Assembly (NCBI GenBank): GCA_022749995.1
Contig: JAKIWO010000002.1
Span: forward strand, 42,033-106,032
Length of the DNA: 64,000 bases
Origin: Thermoplasmata archaeon
Lineage (GTDB): Archaea; Thermoplasmatota; Thermoplasmata; Lutacidiplasmatales; UBA184
Direction of reading: 5' to 3'
The number at the start of each line of letters is the position of its first letter. Positions within the stretch are counted from its first letter, which is position 1. Positions 46,469-55,834 of the stretch are shown here, piece by piece. Position numbers and translations under genes: made by a program. The notes under the pieces are model-generated. The model was not told where the DNA came from. It worked only from the letters and a program-made list of their open reading frames with translations, and made no database searches.

Positions 46469-47715
46469 CAGGCCTCCCACCAGTTCCAGGCGGAGCGGAA
46501 GAGTCGCGCGGGGGACAGATGCGCGTCGCGGCGGGTCGACATCACGGTGGAGCGGACCGAGCGCTTCGGACCACCCTCCTCGGTCATCAGTCGGTGGAAC
46601 AGCTCCGCCTGGAATCTCGGCCACTCCGCCGAGGCCCCGGCCGTCCGGCGGAGCCGTCGGCCCCGCGCCGCCCAATCGGCGAGTCCCACGTAACTCGGGT
46701 CGGCCCGCAGACGGCGGGCGTACTCACCGCTCCGGTCGCCCAGACGCGGCCCGGATCGCAGCGCCGTCGCCGTCACCTCGGCCGCGATCTCGGCGCTGGC
46801 GAGTTCGGCCGGCAGGCCGCGCAGCTCCATCCCGTTGGAGGCTTCCAGCCCCGCCCCGCGCCCAAGTCGAAGGTAGCCGCTGCCGCCCCAACGATCCGCG
46901 GGAGGCGGTCGGAGCTCGCGCCGGACCTCGGAGGATAGCTGTGAGCCCGCGAGCAGCGGGGCAAGGGCGGGGTGGGCGAGGAACCTTCGACGCTGCTGGT
47001 CCAGGTCGGCAGCGGTCGGCGGACGAACGACCCCCCACACCTGGAGGGTGAGCCCTAGGCAATCGCGGTACGTGCGAAGCGAGCCCCCGGCGACGATCCC
47101 ACCGTCGGGGGCCGCCAGCCAGTCGACGGTGGCACCCTCACCGGGGCGCAGGCCGAACCTGGCCTCGATCCGCGCCGGCTCCAGGTTGAATCGAAGACAC
47201 CCGTGCCATTCCGTGCGGGTCGTCGGGCGACGGCGGGAAGGCTCGCCGAAGGAGGGTTCCGTCAGCAGCCGGCCCAGCGACCTCCCTACTCTCGCCGCAG
47301 GAGCGGGCGTCGGTGGCGCTCCGGGCGGGTCGGGCGAAGGCGGAGCGGCCTCCGGCTTTCGCGGCGACACCCCGAGTTCCCGGGCTTCCCGTGCGCACCG
47401 TTCGGTGAGCTCGCTCCGGAGGACCGCCACCGGGAGCCCCTCCGGGCCGGACTCACGGAACTCCGTGCCGGTCCATCGGGACCCGTCAAGGAGCATCCAG
47501 CGATGCAGGACGATGCGGCGGTCAGCTCCCGCATCGTCCGCGGCGGGAAGCCGTGCGTACAGCTCCGCGGGCAGCACGTCCCCCTCTCCTCCGTCCGTCG
47601 TGTCCGCCGGGTCGGCCAGCCAGCGGACGGCCAACCGGGCGCGCGCCAGCCGGGACGTCGCCAGCGCGGCGACCGGGCCCCCGCCGAGTACTTCGATCTC
47701 CTCGGGCGTTGCCAT
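46465..47715 (-). CDS. Highly divergent FixC-like flavoprotein homolog
   Basis: VLGGGP start, IEARFGL..GEGA, FLAHP, RGLPAELASA; coupled to the FixX-like gene; FAD motifs degraded. Confidence 0.6.
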   Translation of the reverse strand: MATPEEIEVLGGGPVAALATSRLARARLAVRWLADPADTTDGGEGDVLPAELYARLPAADDAGADRRIVLHRWMLLDGSRWTGTEFRESGPEGLPVAVLRSELTERCAREARELGVSPRKPEAAPPSPDPPGAPPTPAPAARVGRSLGRLLTEPSFGEPSRRRPTTRTEWHGCLRFNLEPARIEARFGLRPGEGATVDWLAAPDGGIVAGGSLRTYRDCLGLTLQVWGVVRPPTAADLDQQRRRFLAHPALAPLLAGSQLSSEVRRELRPPPADRWGGSGYLRLGRGAGLEASNGMELRGLPAELASAEIAAEVTATALRSGPRLGDRSGEYARRLRADPSYVGLADWAARGRRLRRTAGASAEWPRFQAELFHRLMTEEGGPKRSVRSTVMSTRRDAHLSPARLFRSAWNWWEAW

Positions 47716-47736
47716 CGGAGTGGCCCTCGCGCCGGC

Positions 47737-48690
47737 CTACCCGGCCGCGGCCGGCAGCGCCTTCAGGATATCCAGGTCCGCGCGGACCGCCGCAGCACTC
47801 GCATCGAACGCCCGACGTTCCTCCGGCCGCAGCGTCACCTCGAAGATCCGTTCGACCCCCCCGGCGCCGATCTGGGCGGGCACCCCCAGGTAGAGGTCGT
47901 GCAGTCCGTACGGGCCGTCCAACGCGGCGGTGACCGGCAACAGACGGTGTTCGTTCCGCGCCACCGCCCGGACGAGCTCGGCCTGGGAGGCCGTCGGCGC
48001 ATAGTAGGCGCTGCCGGCCTTGAGCAGGTTCACGATCTCCGCGCCCCCATGGCGGGTCCGTTCGGTGATCGCCTGGAGTTCGGGCTCGGGCAGGAGCCCG
48101 GTGAGCGGCACTCCGTTCACGCTCGTCAAGGACGGGATCGGAACCATGGTGTCCCCGTGCGTCCCGAGAACGAACCCCACCACATCCCGGGGTGCGACGC
48201 CCAGCGCCTGGGCCACGAAGGTGCGGAACCGAGCCGTATCGAGCGAGCCGGACTCCCCAAAAACGCGCGCGGAAGGCAGCCCGCTCACGTGGCGGAACCA
48301 GTAGGTCATCACATCGACCGGGTTGGTGACGACGAGGCAGACGGCCTGGGGCGCTCGACGCGCCACGGCCTCGGCGTGTCCCCGGAGGATCTCGGCGTTC
48401 TTGCTGAGCAGGTCCGACCGGCTCATCCCCGGCTTGCGCGCGAGTCCCGCGGTCTCGACCACGAGGTCGGCGCCCTCCAGGGCGTCCAATTGGACCGAGC
48501 CACTGACCCGGGTGGAGAATCCGAGGATCGGGGCGGACTCGGCGATGTCGAGCCCCTTGCCCTGGGGGAGCCCGTCGACGATGTCGATGAGCACGAGTTC
48601 TTCGGCGAAGTCGGCCTCGGCCAGCCGCTGAGCGAGGGTGCCGCCGATGTTCCCCGCCCCCAGCACCGCGATCTTGCCCAAGCCGGTCAT
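47737..48690 (-). CDS. mdh: Malate dehydrogenase (LDH-like)
   Basis: GAGNIG, ARKPGMSRSDL, VTNPVD, LDTARF, GTHGDTM, GSAYYAP. Confidence 0.95.
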   Translation of the reverse strand: MTGLGKIAVLGAGNIGGTLAQRLAEADFAEELVLIDIVDGLPQGKGLDIAESAPILGFSTRVSGSVQLDALEGADLVVETAGLARKPGMSRSDLLSKNAEILRGHAEAVARRAPQAVCLVVTNPVDVMTYWFRHVSGLPSARVFGESGSLDTARFRTFVAQALGVAPRDVVGFVLGTHGDTMVPIPSLTSVNGVPLTGLLPEPELQAITERTRHGGAEIVNLLKAGSAYYAPTASQAELVRAVARNEHRLLPVTAALDGPYGLHDLYLGVPAQIGAGGVERIFEVTLRPEERRAFDASAAAVRADLDILKALPAAAG

Positions 48691-48799
48691 GAATCCCTCC
48701 CGTGGCAGGGCCCCCCGGCCTTAACGCTGCCGCGACTCGTCGGGCGAGTGTCTCCCGTCAGGCGAAAGCTTCATTCAAGGACCCCTCGATGCGGCGGCC

Positions 48800-49045
48800 G
48801 TGGATGTCCGGACCGTCCTCGCCAGCGTGGAGGAACGAGAGAAGTGGAACCGCCGGCTCGAGCGGCTCGAAGCTTCGCTCTCGGAGGTCCGGCTGCGCCG
48901 CCGCCGGCTCGAGCGGAAGCTCCGCACGGTGCGGCGGCAGCTCTCGCACGTGGCTGACCTGACCGAAGGCATGCTCGATCCCGCCCGCCGCATGCCCCTT
49001 CTCCTGCTCCATGCCGCGCACGCGTCGTCCATCCCTCGGCGATAA
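48800..49045 (+). CDS. Small coiled-coil protein
   Basis: 81 aa with heptad pattern ERLEASLSEVRLRRRRLERKLRTV. Confidence 0.65.
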   Translation: MDVRTVLASVEEREKWNRRLERLEASLSEVRLRRRRLERKLRTVRRQLSHVADLTEGMLDPARRMPLLLLHAAHASSIPRR

Positions 49046-49241
49046 GCGTCGGGCGCTCGCCCGCACGCGCGCCGAGCTCGAGAAGGAGCTCCTCGAGCTC
49101 CTGCGGGAGGAGGCGTACATCGCCCGGCAGGTGGCCCGCGCGCGGGAGCAGATCCGATACTACGAGCAGCACCTGGCCGAGCTCAAGACCGCCTGGGGAC
49201 GACGGACCCCGCTCGACGAGTACGCCCGTCGGATGGACTAG
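49011..49241 (+). CDS. Small coiled-coil protein
   Basis: 76 aa, LEKELLELLREE...AREQIRYYEQHLAELK. Confidence 0.7.
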   Translation: MPRTRRPSLGDKRRALARTRAELEKELLELLREEAYIARQVARAREQIRYYEQHLAELKTAWGRRTPLDEYARRMD

Positions 49242-49251
49242 CGCTCGGGCC

Positions 49252-50196
49252 GTGCGCGTCGTCGTCTTCGGCGCCGGCGCTGTCGGCCAGCTCTTCGGGG
49301 CCCGGCTGCTGCGCGCCCAGCACGAGATCCTGCTCGTCGCCCGCACCGAGGAGGTCGTGGCCATCCGGGGTCACGGGTTGCGCGTCGAAGGGGAGACCGA
49401 GGGCGTCTTCCCCGTGCCCGCCGTCGACGCCCTCATCGACGGGATCACTCCGGACGTGGTGCTCCTGACCGTCAAGAGCTTCGACGTGGAGAGTGCCGGG
49501 GTGGAGCTTGGCCGCCGGCTGCGGCCGGTCCCCCCCGTCCTCGCTACGCAGAACGGACTCGGCATCGAGAGCACGCTCCGTCGGGGACTCGAACGAGGTC
49601 GGGCGGGATCTCCGGTGCCGGTCGTGGTCCGCGCGGTCCACACTATCCCTGTCACCCGGCTCGGGCCGGGCTCGATCCGCCAGGCCGGTGTGGGCGAGCT
49701 GGTGCTCGGCCGACCGGCCCCGGAGACCGAGGCCGCCGCGGCCGACCGGTTCGCCGAGCTGTTCGACTCGGCCGGCTTTACGGTGCGCCGAGTGTCGGAC
49801 ATCGAGCGGGAGGTCTGGCGCAAGCTGCTGGTGAATGCGGCCATCAATCCGGTCACCGCCGACCACGGCATCCCCAACGGCCAGCTCGCGAACGAGCCGT
49901 GGAGAGGGCAGGCGGAGGAGCTCCTGGCCGAGGCGCTCCAGGTGAGCCGGGCCGAGGGGTTCGACTTCTCCGACGAGGAAGCGCCGGCCGAGCTGTGGCG
50001 GGTCGTCCGCGCCACGGCCGCGAACCGCTCCAGCATGCTGCAGGACCTCCGACGCGGGCGACCCACCGAGATCGAGGCGATCTCCGGTGAGCTGCTGCGT
50101 CGGGGCGGCGTCCACGGGCTCAAGCTCCCGGCCACCGAGCGCGCGCTCGAGCGGATCCGGCGCCGAGTCCGCGAGCGCGCGGGGCCGGGTACCTAG
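49252..50196 (+). CDS. panE: Ketopantoate reductase
   Basis: GAGAVG, VKS, QNG, WRKLLVNAAINP, SSMLQD, TEIEAISG. Confidence 0.94.
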   Translation: MRVVVFGAGAVGQLFGARLLRAQHEILLVARTEEVVAIRGHGLRVEGETEGVFPVPAVDALIDGITPDVVLLTVKSFDVESAGVELGRRLRPVPPVLATQNGLGIESTLRRGLERGRAGSPVPVVVRAVHTIPVTRLGPGSIRQAGVGELVLGRPAPETEAAAADRFAELFDSAGFTVRRVSDIEREVWRKLLVNAAINPVTADHGIPNGQLANEPWRGQAEELLAEALQVSRAEGFDFSDEEAPAELWRVVRATAANRSSMLQDLRRGRPTEIEAISGELLRRGGVHGLKLPATERALERIRRRVRERAGPGT

Positions 50197-50214
50197 GCAG
50201 CGTCCGCTCCAGCG

Positions 50215-51441
50215 GTGCCCTCGTCGCAAGGGTCTTACCCCCGCTCCGGTCCGGCGGTCCGGGTGGAGAAAAAGAGCGTTCGGCAGGCGACGGCGCGGGG
50301 TCGCCGCGCGTTGGTCCGCGTCGACTTCAACGTCCCCCTCACCGACTCCGGCGAGGTCGCCGACGACCGCCGCATCGTGGAGGCGCTCCCGACGATCCAT
50401 CACCTCCAGACCGCGGGCGCCCGAACGATCCTCCTGAGCCACTTGGGCCGACCCGGGGGCCGGCGGGACCCGCGCTACAGCCTCCGACCGGTCGCCCGGA
50501 AGCTCTCCGCCCTGCTCGGTCAACCGGTGCCGCTCGCGGAGGACTGCGTCGGCATGAACGCGTTGCAAGCCACCGCGCGCCTCCAGAACGGGGGGATCCT
50601 GATGCTCGAGAACCTGCGCTTCCACGCCGGCGAGGAGGGAAACGACCCGGCGTTCGTCCAAGAGCTGGCCCAGCTGGGCGAGCTGTTCGTGGAGGAGGCG
50701 TTCGGGGCGGTCCACCGGGCTCACGCCTCCACCGTCGGCCTGCCCCAACGGATGCCGTCGTTCTGTGGACTGCTGGTCGAAAAGGAGGTCCGGGAACTCT
50801 CCCACCTCCGGGAGGAGCCCGAGCACCCGTACGTGGCGCTCCTCGGTGGGGCCAAGGTCGCCGACAAGCTCCCGATCCTCAACGGCCTGGTGGGCCGCGC
50901 TGACGCACTGCTGCTCGGGGGCGCCCTCGCCTTCCCGTTCCTGGCGGCTCAGGGCAAACCGCTGGGCGCGAGCCCTACCGAGTCCGGCCTGGAGTCGGAG
51001 GTGCAGGCGCTCATGGCGCGGGCGGGCCAGAACGGCACCGTGCTCGAGTTGCCTGTTGACTGGCTCGGGGAGCGGCCCGGACAGAAGGAGGTGGTCGCGT
51101 GCTCCGCCGATGACGTGCCTTCGGACGTGCTCCTGCGCGACATCGGCCCCCGGACCCGCGACCGATTCTACGCACGGCTCGACGGATCGGCCAGCGTCTT
51201 CTTCAACGGGCCGATGGGCAAGGCCGAGGACTTTCGGTTCACGCCCGGGACCCGCGAAGTGCTCGCCGGCCTCGCGACGCTGGCAGGCTACCACGTCTGC
51301 GCCGGCGGCGATAGCGCCCGCATCGCACGGGACCTCGGAGTGGAGGCGGCCTTCCAGTACGTCAGTACGGGCGGGGGCGCGGCGCTCGAGTTCGTCGCAG
51401 GCCTTGACCTGCCCGGGCTCGAGGCCCTGCCGGACGCCTAG
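50215..51441 (+). CDS. pgk: Phosphoglycerate kinase
   Basis: RVDFNVP, SHLGRP, ENLRF, HRAHAS, GGAKVADK, NGPMG, STGGGA. Confidence 0.96.
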   Translation: MPSSQGSYPRSGPAVRVEKKSVRQATARGRRALVRVDFNVPLTDSGEVADDRRIVEALPTIHHLQTAGARTILLSHLGRPGGRRDPRYSLRPVARKLSALLGQPVPLAEDCVGMNALQATARLQNGGILMLENLRFHAGEEGNDPAFVQELAQLGELFVEEAFGAVHRAHASTVGLPQRMPSFCGLLVEKEVRELSHLREEPEHPYVALLGGAKVADKLPILNGLVGRADALLLGGALAFPFLAAQGKPLGASPTESGLESEVQALMARAGQNGTVLELPVDWLGERPGQKEVVACSADDVPSDVLLRDIGPRTRDRFYARLDGSASVFFNGPMGKAEDFRFTPGTREVLAGLATLAGYHVCAGGDSARIARDLGVEAAFQYVSTGGGAALEFVAGLDLPGLEALPDA

Positions 51442-51820
51442 CCCGCGCCGGGGCTGCCACCAGGGCCGTCTCAGGGTCGATGCTCTCGAGCAGCCACCGG
51501 ATATACGGCTCGTGGGCTCGGGGGACCTTGAGCTCCAGAATATCGGGTACTTCGTAGGAGTGCTCTCGGACCAGGAAGCGGAACAGCGCTCCGAGCTTCT
51601 TGCCCGAGGTCTTGAGGAGGACCGCCTGCTCCGGCGAGCGCTCCATCGCTCCCTTCCACCAGTAGACGGAACGGATCGGCCAGTAGCTGGCGCACGCCGC
51701 GAGGCGCCGTTCCACGGCGCCCTCCCCCAAACGCCGGGCCTCCTGCCGGTTCGCGGCCGCCACGTAGACGAGACGCAGTCGCCGCTCTTCGGCGCTCGAG
51801 TCGAGCGGAGGGCCGCTCAC
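51362..51820 (-). CDS. cutA: CutA divalent-cation tolerance protein
   Basis: LAAC, SVYWWKG, LLKT, HSYEVP, YIRWL. Confidence 0.9.
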   Translation of the reverse strand: MSGPPLDSSAEERRLRLVYVAAANRQEARRLGEGAVERRLAACASYWPIRSVYWWKGAMERSPEQAVLLKTSGKKLGALFRFLVREHSYEVPDILELKVPRAHEPYIRWLLESIDPETALVAAPARARRPAGPRARAGQGLRRTRAPRPRPY

Positions 51821-53304
51821 GCGGCGACCAGCGCCCGCTCGGGGACGGTGAAGTCAAAGACGGACATCGATAGGTCGGAGAGCCGCACGACGGCGGCCCG
51901 CGCAGGGATGGGCGTGATGTTCCGCATGCGCTGGTACTCGGTCTCAGCCTGCCAGGTGGAGGCATTGAGCAGCAGCACGCCGCGGTACCGGTCGGCGCCG
52001 AAGGTGTGCGCGTGCCCGGTGACCAGGATCTCCGGCACAGGATCGATCAGCAGTCCATCGTGGGGAAGCGGGGCGATCGGGGTGCGACCACCGTAGATCG
52101 GGGCGAGGTGGCGCATCGCCAACATCCGCTTCATCACCTCGGTCGGATGGCCGTAGTCGGCGCCCGGCAGCGCCGGGATGAGGTCGTCAAAGCTCCGGCC
52201 GTGGTAGGCGGCCACCACGGTCCCGTCCAGGGAGAAGGTGGACGGATTCCCCAGCCGACGGACGTTGGCCGGGAGCAGCCGTCCGAGCTCCTCCGGGAGT
52301 GCCGGCTGCGGCTCGGCCGGGCACACCGCGTCGTGGTTGCCCGGAATCACCACGATGTGCAGCCGGGACGGCAGCTCTGCGAGACGACGCCCGAGCTCGG
52401 CGTACTGCTCGACGATGTCGTGGATCGCCAGGTCCCTCTCCTGATGCGGGTAGATCCCGATCCCATCGACCAGGTCGCCCGCGATGACGACGTGCTCGAT
52501 CTCCTGCGCGAGCTCGGGCGAGGGTCCCTCCCCCCGCAGAAATGCCGCGAGGGCGCTCCAGCTCTCGCCGAGGAAGGAGCGGCTACCGACGTGCAGGTCG
52601 GAGAGGAACATCGCGCGAGAGCTCGTGCCCTCGGCACGGGGGAGCCGCCCCGCGGGAACGTCGGGTCGGTGCAGCGCACGCACGACCGGCAACCGGCCGG
52701 ACTCCTTGGGCAGCCCGAGCGTGAGCCCTACCACCTCGTCCGATAGGAGGTGCGCCATCGCCGCCGGGCTGTCGCGCAGGAGGAGCACTGCGACCGAGCC
52801 GGATTCATCGTCCAGTTCGACCAGCACGTGCTTCTTCTCACTGGTCGTGCGCACGTCGCGGACCAACCCGATGATGGAGGCCGTCCCCTCCTTCCCCCGC
52901 AACGCGGCGATCGGCTGGAGGTTGGGCAGGTCCGGACGGCCCTTGAGCCACCGGTGGACCGAGCGGTACCGGTGGTGGAACAGGCTCTCGTAGGCCTCGA
53001 GCGGCGTGCGGCCGGGTACTCCCGCGATGAAGCCGGGGTTAAGCAACCGGAACGGTTCGGCCATCGCGGCCACCGCCGTGGAGGTCGCGACGCCGCCCGC
53101 GACCGGAAGGCCGCCCGAGGGAGGGTCGACGCGGAGCATCCGCTCGACCATCGAGCGCGTGACGAACGGTCCCAGCGCGTCCGCCGTTTCGATCAGTTGG
53201 CGCGAGAGTCGCAGCGGCTCCGGCTGGGTGAGCAGGAGGGAGAGCGCTTCCGCCTCGATCAGGCGCTGGTGCTCCTCGAAGTAGCGTACCAGGGCCTCGC
53301 GCAT
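51817..53304 (-). CDS. DNA polymerase D small (proofreading) subunit DP1
   Basis: OB fold, SDLHVGS, GDLVDGIGIYP, PGNHD, YHG, RHLAPIYG, GHAH. Confidence 0.95.
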   Translation of the reverse strand: MREALVRYFEEHQRLIEAEALSLLLTQPEPLRLSRQLIETADALGPFVTRSMVERMLRVDPPSGGLPVAGGVATSTAVAAMAEPFRLLNPGFIAGVPGRTPLEAYESLFHHRYRSVHRWLKGRPDLPNLQPIAALRGKEGTASIIGLVRDVRTTSEKKHVLVELDDESGSVAVLLLRDSPAAMAHLLSDEVVGLTLGLPKESGRLPVVRALHRPDVPAGRLPRAEGTSSRAMFLSDLHVGSRSFLGESWSALAAFLRGEGPSPELAQEIEHVVIAGDLVDGIGIYPHQERDLAIHDIVEQYAELGRRLAELPSRLHIVVIPGNHDAVCPAEPQPALPEELGRLLPANVRRLGNPSTFSLDGTVVAAYHGRSFDDLIPALPGADYGHPTEVMKRMLAMRHLAPIYGGRTPIAPLPHDGLLIDPVPEILVTGHAHTFGADRYRGVLLLNASTWQAETEYQRMRNITPIPARAAVVRLSDLSMSVFDFTVPERALVAA

Positions 53305-53421
53305 GGTCGAACCGGTCAGGTCCGCCCGCCGGCGAGAAACGCCGGAGCTGCGGCACCCGGGACCGGTGGGGGAGAGGAGCTACGCTATTTCAGGCAGCGG
53401 TCGCAGAATGGGCGACGGGGC

Positions 53422-54090
53422 TCACGCGCGGTAGGACTCGCGGGCGTAGGAAGCGCCCTTCGGGTACTTTTCCTTGAGGTGACCCGTGAGCTTCTCCGGC
53501 GCGTGCTCGAGGTGCGCCGTGTACCAAGCGACGACCACGTCGCGGAGCACGCGGTGGATCTCGCGAAGGTCCGCTTTCTCCTCGGGGTGGTCGAAGAGCA
53601 CCGCCTGGCTCATCATCCGCATCCAGCCCGTGTAGCGGTGGTACGACTCGCCCTCGCACCACTCGAAGACGCCGCGCAGGTGGGTCTTGCCCTCCGGGTT
53701 GGCGTAGTACCAGAACCGCAGGGTGAAGCCGACCCAGCCCTGGGTCCGGTCCCGCAGCTCGATCGTCTTGACGGCACCGAAGTCGAACGACTCCTTGAAC
53801 ATCCATTGCTCGGGGTACTCGACGAACGTCGCGAACAGGGTCTGCGACGGCTCCACCGTCAGGTGGACCGAGGCGTTCTCGAATTGATTGTGCACCTCCC
53901 ACAGGTCTTGGAGGAACCGCCGGTTGAGCTGGCCCCGGTGGGTCAGGTCCTCGCCGGTTTCCTTGGTCGAAGCGCGCTGCGTTTTCGCGAGCTCGTTCTT
54001 GAGCGAGGCGACGAAATCATCCTCCGGGAGTGGGGCGACCTCTTCGCTCGGCGGCGTAGGCGGCGCTGGTGCGGGAGTGCGCTTGGGCAT
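53422..54090 (-). CDS. Hypothetical protein (222 aa)
   Basis: ATG 54090 with a TTATA box upstream; aromatic-rich globular sequence with good codon usage. Confidence 0.8.
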   Translation of the reverse strand: MPKRTPAPAPPTPPSEEVAPLPEDDFVASLKNELAKTQRASTKETGEDLTHRGQLNRRFLQDLWEVHNQFENASVHLTVEPSQTLFATFVEYPEQWMFKESFDFGAVKTIELRDRTQGWVGFTLRFWYYANPEGKTHLRGVFEWCEGESYHRYTGWMRMMSQAVLFDHPEEKADLREIHRVLRDVVVAWYTAHLEHAPEKLTGHLKEKYPKGASYARESYRA

Positions 54091-54244
54091 GCGAGAACGG
54101 CTCCGGGTCGTCGATGAAGGTCCGCTATAAAGAGTTGCGCGGGCGGCGGGTCGTTCGGAGCCGGCTCTGCGCCCGGTGGACGATCCGGAGCGGCTAGGAG
54201 CCGCAATCCGGTGAGATTTATGGGTGCGGCAGCTTCGCGGCGAG

Positions 54245-55555
54245 ATGGAATCGTCGGAGGACTCCCCAGCGGCCCACGGGAGCGCCCCACTCGACCCCGA
54301 TCTGCCGATCGCCGAACCCAGATCGGCCATCGACGGGACCGGCGCGCCCCTCGACCCGCCGGATACCGGGCTGACCCCTGAAGCAGGACCGCGCCGCCGT
54401 CGAATCCCGCTCATCGCCGTGATCGCGCTCGTGTTGGTGCTCCTGCTGCTTCCGCTACTCCTTCTCGGGCTGCTGATCCCGTCGTTCCACCCGCTCGCTC
54501 CGCACTCTTCGTCCCAGTCTCCGCCTTCGCCCTCGTTCGCACAGTCCTACACGCAGGCCTACGCTGCGGCCAATGGCTCGGCCCAAGCGACGGTGGGCGG
54601 CTCTTGGGGTCTTGTAGACGCTGAGGGCCTCGCGACCGAAGTGAACGCTGCCTTTCCGGGACATTCCGCTGCAGGACCCTGCTCCTCGATGGCGCCCCCG
54701 CCCGTTCCGGCGGTCTCCCTTAACCAACTCAGCACCGGGGAGACTGCGTTCTGGGCCTTCGGGTTCGGGGATGCGGCCGGCGACAGCTTGGGCGTCCTCG
54801 TGGTGAACGGTACGGCGCAGGTGCTGGGGGAGTCCGCCGCCAGCTCCCATTGCAATGGGCCGACCCCGCCCGCGCGACTCCCGAACCCCGACCGGCTGAT
54901 GGACAGTTCCACCGCCGCGGCACTGATGGGGTCCTCCTGGAGCGCCACGCTCGGGAGCGCCACCACCTCCTTCGCGGCCTTCCTGCTCTCCGACGAAGGG
55001 GGCGGGGTCGGTACCCAGACGGGCACGGCCTACTGGGAGGTGCTGGCATCTCCGTGCCCGCTCGCCTCGGTCGGGACGCTGGGGATATTGCCGGGCGACC
55101 CGCACCTCCTGGCAGCGCTGAATGCCACCACGCCCCAGGTCTTGGACAATTGGGTGATCCCCGGAATAGGCACCTGCGAGAGCAACGGGACGCTCAACCA
55201 GGCGCTCGCTCTGGGCTACCCCCGGTCGACGAACAACTTCAATGGCTCGCTGAACTACACGGTGCCGATCGACGGCGTGAACGGCACCCTCGTGGTGGGC
55301 TCGTTCCATCCGGCGCTCGTCGCCATCACCAACCGAAGCATTCCGGCGGTGGCGGTGCTCGACCTCCTCGACGGCCCCGGCCACGCCATCGCCGTGTACA
55401 GCTTCGCGCTGGGGAGCTGGACGGCGGGCGGCACGACCGTGCTCACCGCAGGGGATTCGCTCGCCTTCGAGAGTCCGGCACCGCTAGATACCGCCGCGCT
55501 GGTGTTCGTCGCCAACGCGCCCGAGACCGGCGACCTCTCGATGTACCTGCCGTGA
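54245..55555 (+). CDS. Membrane-anchored extracellular protein
   Basis: Pro-rich N-terminus, RRRR plus TM helix, Ser/Thr/Ala-rich ectodomain with four Cys and NxS/T sequons. Confidence 0.75.
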   Translation: MESSEDSPAAHGSAPLDPDLPIAEPRSAIDGTGAPLDPPDTGLTPEAGPRRRRIPLIAVIALVLVLLLLPLLLLGLLIPSFHPLAPHSSSQSPPSPSFAQSYTQAYAAANGSAQATVGGSWGLVDAEGLATEVNAAFPGHSAAGPCSSMAPPPVPAVSLNQLSTGETAFWAFGFGDAAGDSLGVLVVNGTAQVLGESAASSHCNGPTPPARLPNPDRLMDSSTAAALMGSSWSATLGSATTSFAAFLLSDEGGGVGTQTGTAYWEVLASPCPLASVGTLGILPGDPHLLAALNATTPQVLDNWVIPGIGTCESNGTLNQALALGYPRSTNNFNGSLNYTVPIDGVNGTLVVGSFHPALVAITNRSIPAVAVLDLLDGPGHAIAVYSFALGSWTAGGTTVLTAGDSLAFESPAPLDTAALVFVANAPETGDLSMYLP

Positions 55556-55834
55556 TCCTGCGGCCCCCCCCCGGGCCGCCACCGTCCCCGACGCGCCCGT
55601 TAAATAGCCGTCCGCCCCTCGCAGCGTTGACTGTCTCCCGCGAGGGAAGACGGACCCGACTGCGCGCACGATCATCACGGACTTCCGACTCATGCTCGTC
55701 CCTAGCGACCCGCCCCGAGCCGCCGTCCCCGTGCTCTGCCGCGTGCCGAGGGTCTGACTTCTTTCCGGTCGACGGTTCCCGCTGAGCCAGGGGCACTGGC
55801 TCACAACCCCAACCACAAGGAGAAACCAACGACC

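Noticed and set aside
51362..51441. Convergent overlaps pgk/cutA (80 nt) and permease/dedA (11822-11871)
   Set aside because: The overlapping parts are low-complexity C-terminal tails, as expected from stop-codon scarcity at high GC.
55600..55834. SRP RNA, RNase P RNA or C/D box sRNA upstream of dnaG
   Set aside because: No SRP helix-8 or RNase P P4 signature recognised; a minus-strand GTGATGA C-box lacks a suitably placed CTGA D-box.
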